This document shows, in pieces, positions 1-9,947 of a stretch of DNA of 64,000 bases. The number at the start of each line of letters is the position of its first letter. The first letter of the stretch is position 1. The stretch is from Novakomyces olei (Eukaryota), in contig JADEYG010000004.1 in NCBI GenBank assembly GCA_016906335.1, positions 806,001 through 870,000 on the forward strand, in the 5' to 3' direction. The notes below the pieces were generated by a model, which searched no databases, was not told where the DNA came from, and worked only from the letters and a program-made list of their open reading frames with translations. Both the position numbers and the translations under genes were made by a program.

Positions 1-2
1 CT

Positions 3-1784
3 GAAAAGGGCTTCAAGTACCTTTACCTCACTCAAAAAGTCATGGACCAGCTGGTCAAGAGCGGCGGCGGCAGTGCTAAAGACGTTATTACAGAACGCAT
101 AACGGACGCTGGCCAAGTGCGGCACAAGCTGGTTACCATCATTGGTGCCCGAGATGGCCTCGGAGTAGAGTGCTTACGGGGCTCTGGGCTTATTGCCGGC
201 AGCACTGCTCGAGCTTACAATGATATTTTCACTATAACTCTGGTGACGGCCCGCTCTGTTGGCATTGGAGCTTACTTGGTCCGACTGGGACAGAGAGCCG
301 TGCAGGTTGAGGGCCAGCCCATCATCCTCACTGGTGCCCCGGCAATAAACAATTTGCTCGGCCGTGAAGTTTATTCGTCTAATTTGCAGCTCGGAGGCAC
401 GCAAATCATGTACCGCAACGGAGTCTCCCACGCAACTGCGCGGGATGACTTGGACGGGATCCAAAAGATTGTGGGATGGATGTCTCATGTCCCGGCCAAA
501 CGCAACGACCCTGTACCCGTAACTCCGACTGCCGATCCGTGGGATAGGGACGTGGGCTATACGCCTCCTAAAGGTGTCTATGACGTACGCCACTTGTTTA
601 ATGGAGCAGAGGAGGAAGGAGAGTACCTGCCCGGGTTCTTTGACAGGGATTCCTTTACAGAGAGCCTTGGTGGCTGGGCTCGAGGCGTCGTTGTTGGCCG
701 TGCTCGTCTGGGCGGAATCCCTATTGGAGTCATCGGTGTGGAAACACGATCAGTGGAGACGGTTATCCCCGCTGACCCAGCGAACCCAGAGTCCACAGAG
801 CAAGTAATCACTGAGGCCGGTCAAGTTTGGTACCCAAATTCTGCGTACAAGACGGCTCAGGCCATTGACGACTTCAACAAGGGAGAGCAATTGCCACTCA
901 TAATATTTGCCAACTGGCGAGGCTTCTCTGGCGGACAGAGGGATATGTACAATGAGGTGCTGAAATACGGAGCCATGATTGTAGATGCTCTGGTGGCATA
1001 CAAGCAGCCCGTCTTTGTTTATATCCCACCCAATGGTGAGCTGCGTGGAGGCTCCTGGGTCGTGGTTGACCCGAGTATCAATGCTGCGCAAATGGAGATG
1101 TATGCGGATGAGGAATCACGTGCAGGTGTACTGGAGCCGGAGGGGATTGTGGGTATAAAATTCCGTAGAGATAAACTGCTCGAGACAATGAGCCGTTTGG
1201 ACGAGGCATATGCTGGCCTCAAGGCCGATCTGGAAGCAGCAGCAAGTGCAAATGAGTCGGCTCAAGTCCAGGAAATAAAGGACAAAATGCAGGAGAGAGA
1301 AAAGCTATTGCTCCCAGTGTACCAGCAAGTCAGCGTCCAGTTTGCCGACTTGCACGATAGGGCTGGTCGCATGTACGCTAAAGGCGTTATTCGCAAACCC
1401 CTGCGTTGGACAAACGCTCGGCGCTTTTTCTACTGGCGACTACGTCGAAGGATCAATGAGCACCAGACTCTGCAACGAATGAGCCAGGCAGCTCCGGCGG
1501 CTGACCATACAGAGCTGAGTGCTCATCTCTACAAGTGGTTCCTCTTGTCAGCCCAGGGCGATGCCAGTTGGGAGGAAGATGATCGAGCAATTGCACAGTG
1601 GCTGGAAACGGGACAGCGAGACATTTACGAAAAGATTGAGCAGTTGCGTGCTGACGCGACTGCCGATACAGTTTACGGATTGTCGAGAAAATCACTGAAT
1701 GGCGTTGTCAAGGGTCTCGCCCGGTACCTGGAACGATTGACGGCGGAAGAACGAGCTGATATTGTCGCCAAACTGAGCGCTTAG
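3..1784 (+). CDS. ACC1: Acetyl-CoA carboxylase, C-terminal carboxyltransferase region (5' truncated by window edge)
   Basis: Motifs GLGVECLRGSGLIAG, SVGIGAYLVRLGQR, QLGGTQIM, ANWRGFSGGQRDM, GVLEPEG and FADLHD. The frame is open back to position 3 (EKGFKYLYL). Confidence 0.98.
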   Translation, partial: EKGFKYLYLTQKVMDQLVKSGGGSAKDVITERITDAGQVRHKLVTIIGARDGLGVECLRGSGLIAGSTARAYNDIFTITLVTARSVGIGAYLVRLGQRAVQVEGQPIILTGAPAINNLLGREVYSSNLQLGGTQIMYRNGVSHATARDDLDGIQKIVGWMSHVPAKRNDPVPVTPTADPWDRDVGYTPPKGVYDVRHLFNGAEEEGEYLPGFFDRDSFTESLGGWARGVVVGRARLGGIPIGVIGVETRSVETVIPADPANPESTEQVITEAGQVWYPNSAYKTAQAIDDFNKGEQLPLIIFANWRGFSGGQRDMYNEVLKYGAMIVDALVAYKQPVFVYIPPNGELRGGSWVVVDPSINAAQMEMYADEESRAGVLEPEGIVGIKFRRDKLLETMSRLDEAYAGLKADLEAAASANESAQVQEIKDKMQEREKLLLPVYQQVSVQFADLHDRAGRMYAKGVIRKPLRWTNARRFFYWRLRRRINEHQTLQRMSQAAPAADHTELSAHLYKWFLLSAQGDASWEEDDRAIAQWLETGQRDIYEKIEQLRADATADTVYGLSRKSLNGVVKGLARYLERLTAEERADIVAKLSA

Positions 1785-2054
1785 CCGACGCTAACAACGG
1801 GTTTTGAATAGTGTCGTTTGACGTACCTACTCCCAATGGGTGCCGGCACCTGTTCTATGGACCCCTCTCAGCCGCTGATCGAGGCATATTATATAGTACG
1901 ATAGTTGTTGCATTTAGGAGTTTGTTATCGCTAGTAAATACCGTTTACAAGAATCAGATTGGGCATACTCGGTCGCGTGCGGTTGTGTCGTGTCCCGTGG
2001 ACAATGACGCCGGGACGGTAAAACTAGGCAGCATCCTATTATTTGTAACTGTTT

Positions 2055-2177
2055 ATTAAACTGTTTAATAATTTATTAAATAATTCATTTAATAATTTAT
2101 TTAATAATTCATTTAATAATTTATTTACTAATTTATTTAATAATTTATTTACTTTTTATTTACTTTTTATTTACTTA
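2055..2177. repeat. Imperfect AT-rich tandem repeat (TTAATAATTTATT-like)
   Basis: Repeated ttaataatttatt / ttactttttat units visible directly. Confidence 0.75.
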
Positions 2178-3336
2178 ATCCTACGTTTATTCGATTGATC
2201 CATTATTATCAAGTATCACGCTTGTTTCTGATCCTCGTGTTTAGCAGGACCCGTGTCCGTTGTCACTGTTGTATGGAACCGCTGCCATAAATCCGATACA
2301 CTCTCAAACCCGCGCCCGACCTTATATTAGCAGAGCTCAACATAAAATAATGTAGCCATACTCCAATTATTCCTTCCAGGTTGCGATTGAGTACATTAAG
2401 GTTGGTCAGTACTTGTTCCAGGCTCTGATGATTAGCGTAATACTCAAGGATTCCAACTCACCAGCCCGACCTGGTACAAAAGCATTTGCCGTTGCTCCTG
2501 GAACGAGCCTTTTCCGCGCTCACGTTCTGCCATTAAACGCGTAATCTACCGCGAGAACATGCCAATTTTGCCTTTGCCTTTCGCGTTTCGCGTTACGCGT
2601 CCGACTCGTTTCAACTTCCTTCTACATTACTTGCCATTTTGCTCTTACATTACTTGGAACTACATATATAATCACTGCTAAATGTTTCCTCCATTACTTG
2701 CAGTAAAACGCGGAACGCCACATAAACCACTATCTGCATTCTCGTCTACTCTATCCCAAGACCATTTAACTGGTACAATTGCTTGTCTTCAGAGGAGACG
2801 AAAATTTTTCTCTGCCCATATGTCCCGGTGCTCCGCTCACGCACGCACGACTCGCACACATAGCAAAACTTTGCAAGTAAACATATCCGCAAAGTTTACT
2901 TGTCTACACAAACCCCAGATTTAGATTGAGCCTTTGCCGCTGTTCGCCTTTTGAGCGCAGCTGTGTGGTTTCGCACTTGTGCGTTGCGCGCAGTCTTTTC
3001 TTTTTCCCTGTGTTTTGGTACGATTTCCGCTTTTTTTCCGCTTTGTTTTGGTCCTAACCGTATGTTTAGTTGATCGTAACGGAACCAGAAAAGAAAATAA
3101 ATAAACGAGAAGAATTGGAATAATAGAGTTCACAGGATACTCGTGTCGTACGGGAGTGACTAGAGTTGGTCAGATTGATTCGCGTCTGATCCTTGTTCGA
3201 CTCTTTGCTCTCCTCTTTGCTCCCACTCTCCTTCCTTGATCACGATTCTGATCGAACGGAAGCATATATAAATAAACAACGGAAGAGGTTTGGTAACTCG
3301 CCCTCTTACTCTTCACGCTCAACTTTTGGGTCATTC

Positions 3337-4029
3337 ATGACCGCCGTTGAGTGTCCTCATTGTCAGAAGATTTATAGCGGCGTTTCAGAACTCCGTCGTC
3401 ACTGCTCTGTCAAGCATCCAGACACGCCTCCGATCGCACGTTCGCGCCGAATGTTGGATAAAAACAGGTCCGATGATGATCGCCGCGCTGAGCGGCGGCA
3501 GGCGACAAAGCAGTGGAGGGAACGCAACCCGGAACTCTACCGTACACGCAACAATATCGATTCCTTCCGCTTTTCTCTTACGCATATGAGATCTAAAGGA
3601 GCATTGGAGGCTTACAATCAGGTTTTGATGGAGGCTATTACCGAATTGCCGGCGGATACGCAGCAGAAACTCCACGAGCGCATTGCTGCTCGCTGGGCTG
3701 AGGCTATTGAGCTTAAAGTTTCCGAGTTCCGTGATAAATTGGCAGCTGAACAGCAGCTGAACGCTGCTGCTGCCGCCGCCGCGGCGCAAGCTCATGTTGC
3801 TGCCTCTGGCCATCACCATCATCATACTGGGCACCATGGCCGTGGGCACCCTGCTGAAGATGAGAGCCTTGGACAAGATGACGGGGTACATGTTGGTGTA
3901 GAGGCAGGGTCGATTGCCTGGCCTCCTATGCAAGACGCTGGTCTGCAAGACGGACTGATCAACGCCCAAATGGCACATGATCCCATGCATCCTAGTGGGT
4001 CCCTGCATGACCATAAGTCTGGGCTCTAA
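3337..4029 (+). CDS. Hypothetical protein with an N-terminal C2H2-type zinc finger and a poly-Ala/His-rich tail (putative regulator)
   Basis: First ATG of the 278-aa ORF is at 3337. CPHC-x12-H-x4-H is followed by a basic helical segment, poly-Ala and a His run. Confidence 0.75.
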   Translation: MTAVECPHCQKIYSGVSELRRHCSVKHPDTPPIARSRRMLDKNRSDDDRRAERRQATKQWRERNPELYRTRNNIDSFRFSLTHMRSKGALEAYNQVLMEAITELPADTQQKLHERIAARWAEAIELKVSEFRDKLAAEQQLNAAAAAAAAQAHVAASGHHHHHTGHHGRGHPAEDESLGQDDGVHVGVEAGSIAWPPMQDAGLQDGLINAQMAHDPMHPSGSLHDHKSGL

Positions 4030-4756
4030 TCTGAGAAATTTTGAGAACGCTTGACTTTTTAAAAAATAATTCAAATTAAAAAAAAAATGTGAAAAATCAG
4101 CCGAAAGAAAACTACAATCAACCAAAAAAAAATATTAAAAAAAAAGTTGAAATTTTCTCCAAAAAAAAGAGAGTTTGGCTGTTCGAGTACGAGATGCTCT
4201 TATGGTAACCGGATTTTTGTGTTTATCTGTCGTCGTATTTCTGTATCTATCTTAATTTTCCATTCCTTGATGGGTGAATTTGCGGATTCTTGTGCGCAAT
4301 TACAGCCCTTTCTGTTTATCGCTAGCATATGTTTGCTTGTTTACCAGCTCACACTCGGGTTTTGTACTAAATAGCGCTTTGGTCACGCGGTGCGTAATTT
4401 TGAAGATTTTAAGAGTAAAAGTTGCCGTTGTGATTGAGCTTAATATCAAATTTTGTAATACGTTTATTCTTCAGTAGAGATTAAGTACTTTTATTAAATG
4501 TATTTTACGCTTTTAGAGTTTGTGAAGGTATATCAATGGAAGGGCAGATTGTTAATCTGGCAAAGTTGCCATAATCTCATTCCAGATGCATCTTGAAAGA
4601 ATCATGCAGGAACTTTACGCGTATTTTTGTCTTCCGCACGTAAACATATGGGATATCGCGTAACGCGTAACGCTATAGTATGTTGTACTGACGATTATAT
4701 ATCAAGTAGTTACAGTAATTATAACTTAGTACCGTTTAATGGTCGGATTAACTCTG

Positions 4757-4840
4757 GCATTTGTGGTGTAGTGGTATCATACAACTTTGCCATCTGATAC
4801 AGATCTAGTTGTGACTCGGGTTCAATTCCCGACAAATGCA
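4757..4840 (+). tRNA. tRNA-Gly(GCC) with 13-nt intron
   Basis: Acceptor stem GCATTTG/CAAATGC+A, anticodon stem CAACT/AGTTG, loop TT-GCC-A then intron TCTGATACAGATC, T arm TCGGG-TTCAATT-CCCGA. A T6 terminator follows. Confidence 0.92.
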
Positions 4841-5180
4841 GTTTTTTGGTTTTTGTTTTTGTTTTCGAAATTTGATTTTATTGTACATTGTAAACATCTG
4901 ACAGCATCTACATGTTTATATGCGTCTCTCAACCCAAAGCGAGTTTGGCGAAGTTGTGAGCAATGCAATTTGAATGTTAGAAGTTTTGTCAAAGAGAAAT
5001 TTATAGACGGCTCTTTAAATAAATTTAAGGTCCTAGGTCGACTTTGCAAACCTGCAAATAATGGAGGGTATGTCTCACCCAAACTAGAGTCCGCACGTTC
5101 GCACGAACCGGGTTGGAACGATAATTGTGACAAAACCAACAATTACACTGGCTGCAGTCTACCGTAGCGGCTAGTTCACT

Positions 5181-5323
5181 AATTAAATGTATGATCATTG
5201 ATACCAGGGGAAACAAAAAGAGAATCACCAATTAAATGTATGATGAATTGATACTAGGGGAAACAAAAAGAGAATCACCAATTAAATGTATGATGAATTG
5301 ATGATACCAGGTGAAACAAAAAG
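5181..5323. repeat. About 50-bp tandem repeat x3
   Basis: Unit AATTAAATGTATGAT..ATTGATAC.AGGGGAAACAAAA(A)GAGAATCACC repeated almost three times. Confidence 0.9.
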
Positions 5324-5333
5324 ATAAGGCGAG

Positions 5334-5416
5334 TGCATTTGCCGGGAGTCGAACCCGGGTCACAACTAAATCTATTCAGATGGCAAAGTTGTATGATACC
5401 CCTACACCACAAATGC
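5334..5416 (-). tRNA. tRNA-Gly(GCC) with 12-nt intron
   Basis: Reverse complement GCATTTGTGGTGTAGGGGTATCATACAACTTTGCCA-TCTGAATAGATT-TAGTTGTGACCCGGGTTCGACTCCCGGCAAATGCA. Near-identical to the 4757 copy. Confidence 0.93.
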
Positions 5417-6229
5417 TGTTCAAATCGACCATATTGGCTACTTAATATAGCGAAAGGAAAAGTTTTAAATAGATAACCTTGTGGAAAGCTGAATTGCCAT
5501 ATTATAATGCTGATGACAATTCGAATGCAAATATAGAGGCAGTCGAGACCGCAAACCTTCGGAACCAAAAGTACCCACGCATTACACGTATCCAAGTTAA
5601 ATGCTGACTGAACTAGTCTCCGCTGCTCCTCTATTAAATAGTCGATGGTATATCTATTTAATAAACGTATTCTAATATTGCAAACTTCATATGGATACGG
5701 ATACCATTTAAAAGGGCAATTTCGCCAAAGTAAAAAAACATCCAAATTCCCCCTCCCAAAAAGAAAGCATTTGAACACAAGCATTTGCATAACAATAGAC
5801 ATGTCCGTCCACCTGCACTTACCTCTCATCTTGAGTGTTAATTCTGCCTTTACTATTATTTCTCTCGATACCAGCCACGCGATCTTTAATATAGAATGCT
5901 GCCGTTGTACTATTTCCCAAAAAGGAAGCTATACTGAACCAATTTATTGCGTAGTCGGCGAGGCCATTTTGCTTAATTCCCACACGAATGCACTTTGCTG
6001 CAAGCAAAGTACCGCTCTCCTTTCTCGGGATTTTTGCTAAACGGCATTAGCGCTGCAGCTAAATCCACGATTTGCCTCCTCGTTAAAGGGTCCAATTGTC
6101 TTTTCCTTGGTCTAATTGGCGTTAGTTTTGGTGCAGCCTAGGCGCTTTTCGCCAGCACGCTTATATATGATGAGCCATGGTACGGCTCCAGCAACTTGAT
6201 CGGGCCCATCTAACGCTATAGACGATGCA

Positions 6230-7366
6230 ATGAGCACACGGACGCTTTCTGCTGGCCTTCATACACCGCCGCCTTCGTCGCCAGTCGCCGATTGCGGGCC
6301 GGTGACGTTAAAGTCTCCGCCCGGAACTGTGCGCACAGATCCACATGTAAGATAATGACGAGAAAAAAGACTTGAAGACAAAAGTGCAAAAGACGGTGTA
6401 CCAGTTCATACCTGCTAACCCGACCTATTTTTTAGAAGACTACAGATGAAATTGCACAGCTGGACGAATCACAATTAAGGCGACTGGTAGGCGATGCTTT
6501 TTTTTTCTTATTATTATTTTTTATTTTTATTTTTAATTTTAATTTTAATCCTTTTCAAGTTATTTTCTTTTGCTGTTCTTGATTGAACGCTGGTATTTTG
6601 AGCTAGCTCCCTTAAACTGCCTATCTTTTCGTATGATTCCGATTGTATCTAATTAATTCAATTTACTTTACTTTCCCCTTGTCGCTTTCCGCTGTCTGTT
6701 CTGCCACAAAGTACTAATTGCCAGCTGGAGGAGTATACGACTCGGTGGAGTGAAGAACGGCTACAATGGCAGCGCCGGACGGCGTCATTGGAGGAAGACT
6801 TACGACAAACCCGAGACCAAAGCACTCAAGCTCAGTCTCAAGTACGGACAAACACGATCCAGCTACGGCTTCAGCAGCTCGAGCTAGAAGAAACAGTAAA
6901 ACGGCACCAGGTAGATCTTGATTTGCTGCAAAGAGAGCTCGATACAGTTCTCAATGGCAATAATCCCGAGTTGGACGCTCAGCGTGATCGCTACAATCGG
7001 CTCAAGGCCCGGTACTCCCGCTTGAAATCACAGTTGGCCCTAATGAGCCATGAGCTGGGTTCGATTCGGCCACGAAACGATCTGCGCCCTTCAAATCATG
7101 GACTGGCAGCACTTGGAATAGTCGCATCACAGATGGCTGATCGGCAAGAAGATTTAATGTCTCCAGCTCCGATTGTCGCTACAGCAGGAGGACGGCAGAC
7201 GAGCCGTAAGAGACGAGGAAGTGATTCTACCATTGGGGCAGTCGAAAGTCCTCCGGCTACTGTCAAACGGAGACCCACACAATTAGCGTCTCCCCCCCAT
7301 GCGACCCCGACTGCCTCGGGTCCGATTCACAGGCATCCACGGAGGAAATTGGAGTTTGGCTCATAG
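6230..7366 (+). CDS. Hypothetical coiled-coil protein (3 exons: about 6230-6346, 6436-6486, 6725-7366)
   Basis: GT..CTAAC/CTAAT..AG introns join in frame (MSTRTLS..DPH|KTTDEI..RRL|LEEYTT..). Heptad-rich middle and an S/P/R-rich tail. Confidence 0.65.
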
Positions 7367-7819
7367 TTTGGTTTCGGATGGGTGTATAGAGCGGATACAT
7401 TGTTTCGATAGCCTGTAGTTGGATGGATTTTTAATTGAGCAATTTATTGAGTTTTATTTGGGGACAAAACGTACTTTAATCTGGACTGATGGGACTGGGA
7501 AAGGGTAGATCCTACATGGAGGTACGTCTAATGTACGAGCAAATACCGTTCGAAGGGGACTCGCTTAGATCTGGCAAAATATTACACTTATCAGGGTACG
7601 GCCGGCATCAAGTTCAAAGCAGCGGTAACCCTGACACTTTAATAAAATGTAAAGTAACCGCCCAGAGTATAGACTGTTACATGACTGTTCCATGACTGTC
7701 CCATGACTGTACAGACTGTACCACGACTGCCAAATACGCCATCTACACTTTTCGCAAATACAATATTCCACAATTTCTCGTATATTTATGTAGTATAACC
7801 AATGCAAAGCGTAAACCAC

Positions 7820-8353
7820 CTACAAACGGCGTCCGCGGCGACCACCCTTCTTGCGAGTAGAATCAGTCGGCGTTGGTGTAACATCTTCGATACGGCCGAT
7901 ACGCATACCTGCACGAGCAAGAGCGCGCAGGGCTGATTGAGCTCCCGGGCCCGGGGTCTTTGTGCGGGTACCACCGGTAGCACGAATGCGGATATGCAGA
8001 GCCGTTATACCCACGTCCTTGCACTTTTGTGCAACATCTTGGGCCGCCAACATGGCAGCGTAAGGCGAAGATTCATCGCGGTCAGCCTTGACTTTCATGC
8101 CGCCAGTTACGCGTGAGATAGTTTCACGGCCGGTCAAATCCGTAACGTGGACAAAGGTATCATTGAACGAGGCAAAGATGCGGGCCACACCGAATACACT
8201 TGCAACAGTTAGCAATGGCCAAGTTCAAATGCATAAATAAATCTTACAGTTCGCCTTCCCGAATTTGAGGGCCAAGTTGGATTTGCTCCTTTGGAGCAGC
8301 AGTTTTAGGAGCCTGAATATTAGCAATCAATGCGGCCTTTAAGCATTTACCAT
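7820..8353 (-). CDS. RPS14: 40S ribosomal protein S14 (uS11), 3 exons
   Basis: [43 protein letters not shown]...[11 protein letters not shown]. Both introns have a GT donor, a CTAAY branch site and an AG acceptor. Confidence 0.98.
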
Positions 8354-8414
8354 TTGACCGTGTTTAGTTGCAGAGTCGGTGTCGATACTTCCAAATGGCT
8401 TTGTCTTGTGTTGC

Positions 8415-8438
8415 AAGTCACGCAGGTTAGGGTTGGGC
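8415..8438 (-). promoter_or_regulatory. Ribosomal-protein promoter motif GCCCAACCCTAACCT plus GTGACT (Homol E/Homol D-like)
   Basis: 15-nt identity with the motif upstream of RPL7. Ends 70 nt before the RPS14 ATG. Confidence 0.7.
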
Positions 8439-9101
8439 GAGTGTTGATCAAGCTTATAATGTTACTTGTAGTAGGGGTGTATAATATTACTGCAGTTTAT
8501 AGTATTATAGTATTATATGGTATTACAAACATGTGGGTAAAATGGGTAAAATGAATCGCGCTTATATATCTGATAATAATCATATTTATTAGCAAGAAAG
8601 CTGAGTCTATTAAAGCCGACTGACTGCAGAGTATAATATGAAAGGGCTTAATCCCAACATGGTGTTATGATAACCCAACATTTGGCTATCGCCAGTTTAT
8701 CGCCTTGTAGCCATTTAAACCACTAACCTAAAGGGATTCTTATAGAAAATGACCTTCAAAGGGACTGGAGGATGCATTTGCTCGACCACCCGTGGTCTAT
8801 AAATAGGGACCCATTCGTTCATAGTTCTACGTAGTTTAATATTAATCTTAGTGCTTGAAATCAAACAGCCTCAGGACGCCGTTATCCTATAGCTCCGCCT
8901 ATTATTATAACAGCGCGCTGCTATCTTGCGATAGTTAGGTTACTTAAATTATATATATATTGGTTTACATAATATAGTGTACAATAATATTAATAATAAT
9001 GGATTTAACGATTTCATTGCATTTTAACAACCAAATTACTCTTGTATACATAATAAATAATAAATAATAATGCTCCATAATTAGGCAAACGCTAAGACGT
9101 C

Positions 9102-9588
9102 ATGGAAGACATTCGGCAAAAGAGCATTGACGCGCTCGTCCACGAGTTGAAGCAGGCAACTGGCCACGCGGATGATGATCAAGTAAAACAAGCAGCAGCG
9201 CGTGCTGAAGAAGCTGTTTACGCGCATCACCAGGGCGACACAGGCAACGCTTACCGTGGTGATTTGCGTACGAGGTAAGCATCCTAGGGAAACGCGTCGT
9301 TGACCCTAATATAGGATAATGAACGTCAAAGATAACCCCAAATTGGCTCTACGGCTCATTTCTGGAGCTTTAGCACCCGAGCGGTTTGCAGTAATGACGG
9401 ACGAGGATATGGCGAGTGAGCGAAGACGGTCGGAGAACGAACGGCTTGAAAGGGAGGCTTTACGTGAAACTATTGGCATTGATGGGCTACGTAAACATGC
9501 GCCTGTAGATTTTCAGGATCAGCAACAGGGCCGTGTCCTCAACTCTGGGCAGGATGGACTCGAGTATGAGCCTCCGAGCTCGGGCTGA
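9102..9588 (+). CDS. Stand-alone TFIIS central (domain II)-like protein, 2 exons
   Basis: MEDIRQKSIDAL..EEAVY..NAYRGDLRTR|IMNVKDNPKLALRLISGALAPERFAVMTDEDMASE matches the TFIIS_M pattern. Intron gtaagc..ctaatatag at about 9275-9314. Confidence 0.8.
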
Positions 9589-9947
9589 TTGCCGGGCTGA
9601 GTGCCGGGCTGAGTGCCGGGCTGATTGCTAGGCTTGCGCGGTGATGCTTGTGTGGACAATACAAGGCTGGAGCTTTTGATGATGGGTCCAGCCTAAGCTT
9701 ATACTTTACTAATTTAATTAAATTTAATTCAAAATAATTTACTCAATTTTATTAATTAATTAATTAAATTAATTAATTAACTAATTGAATAATTTTTTCT
9801 TTGTTTATACCACTGGATTCAAGAACATGCGCGTCACTGACATATGCGCTCAATTGCACCATTGAAGACCGTTGCCTGATACATGAATGGATGGATGGAT
9901 ACATGGATACATGGATGGATGGATTTATTATTAATCACTATATATAA

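Noticed and set aside
174-1695. Many antisense and alternate-frame ORFs inside ACC1 (likewise in POL1, PIK1, SYT1 and others)
   Set aside because: These are shadow ORFs expected in GC-richer coding DNA, with no independent evidence.
5181-5323. CRISPR-like or C/D snoRNA-like appearance (ATGATGA boxes) of the 50-bp repeat
   Set aside because: Units are head-to-tail without unique spacers, the context is eukaryotic, and there is no CTGA D box or rRNA guide.
4787-6040. ORFs overlapping or flanking the tRNA genes
   Set aside because: They have no protein-like motifs and several overlap well-supported tRNAs.
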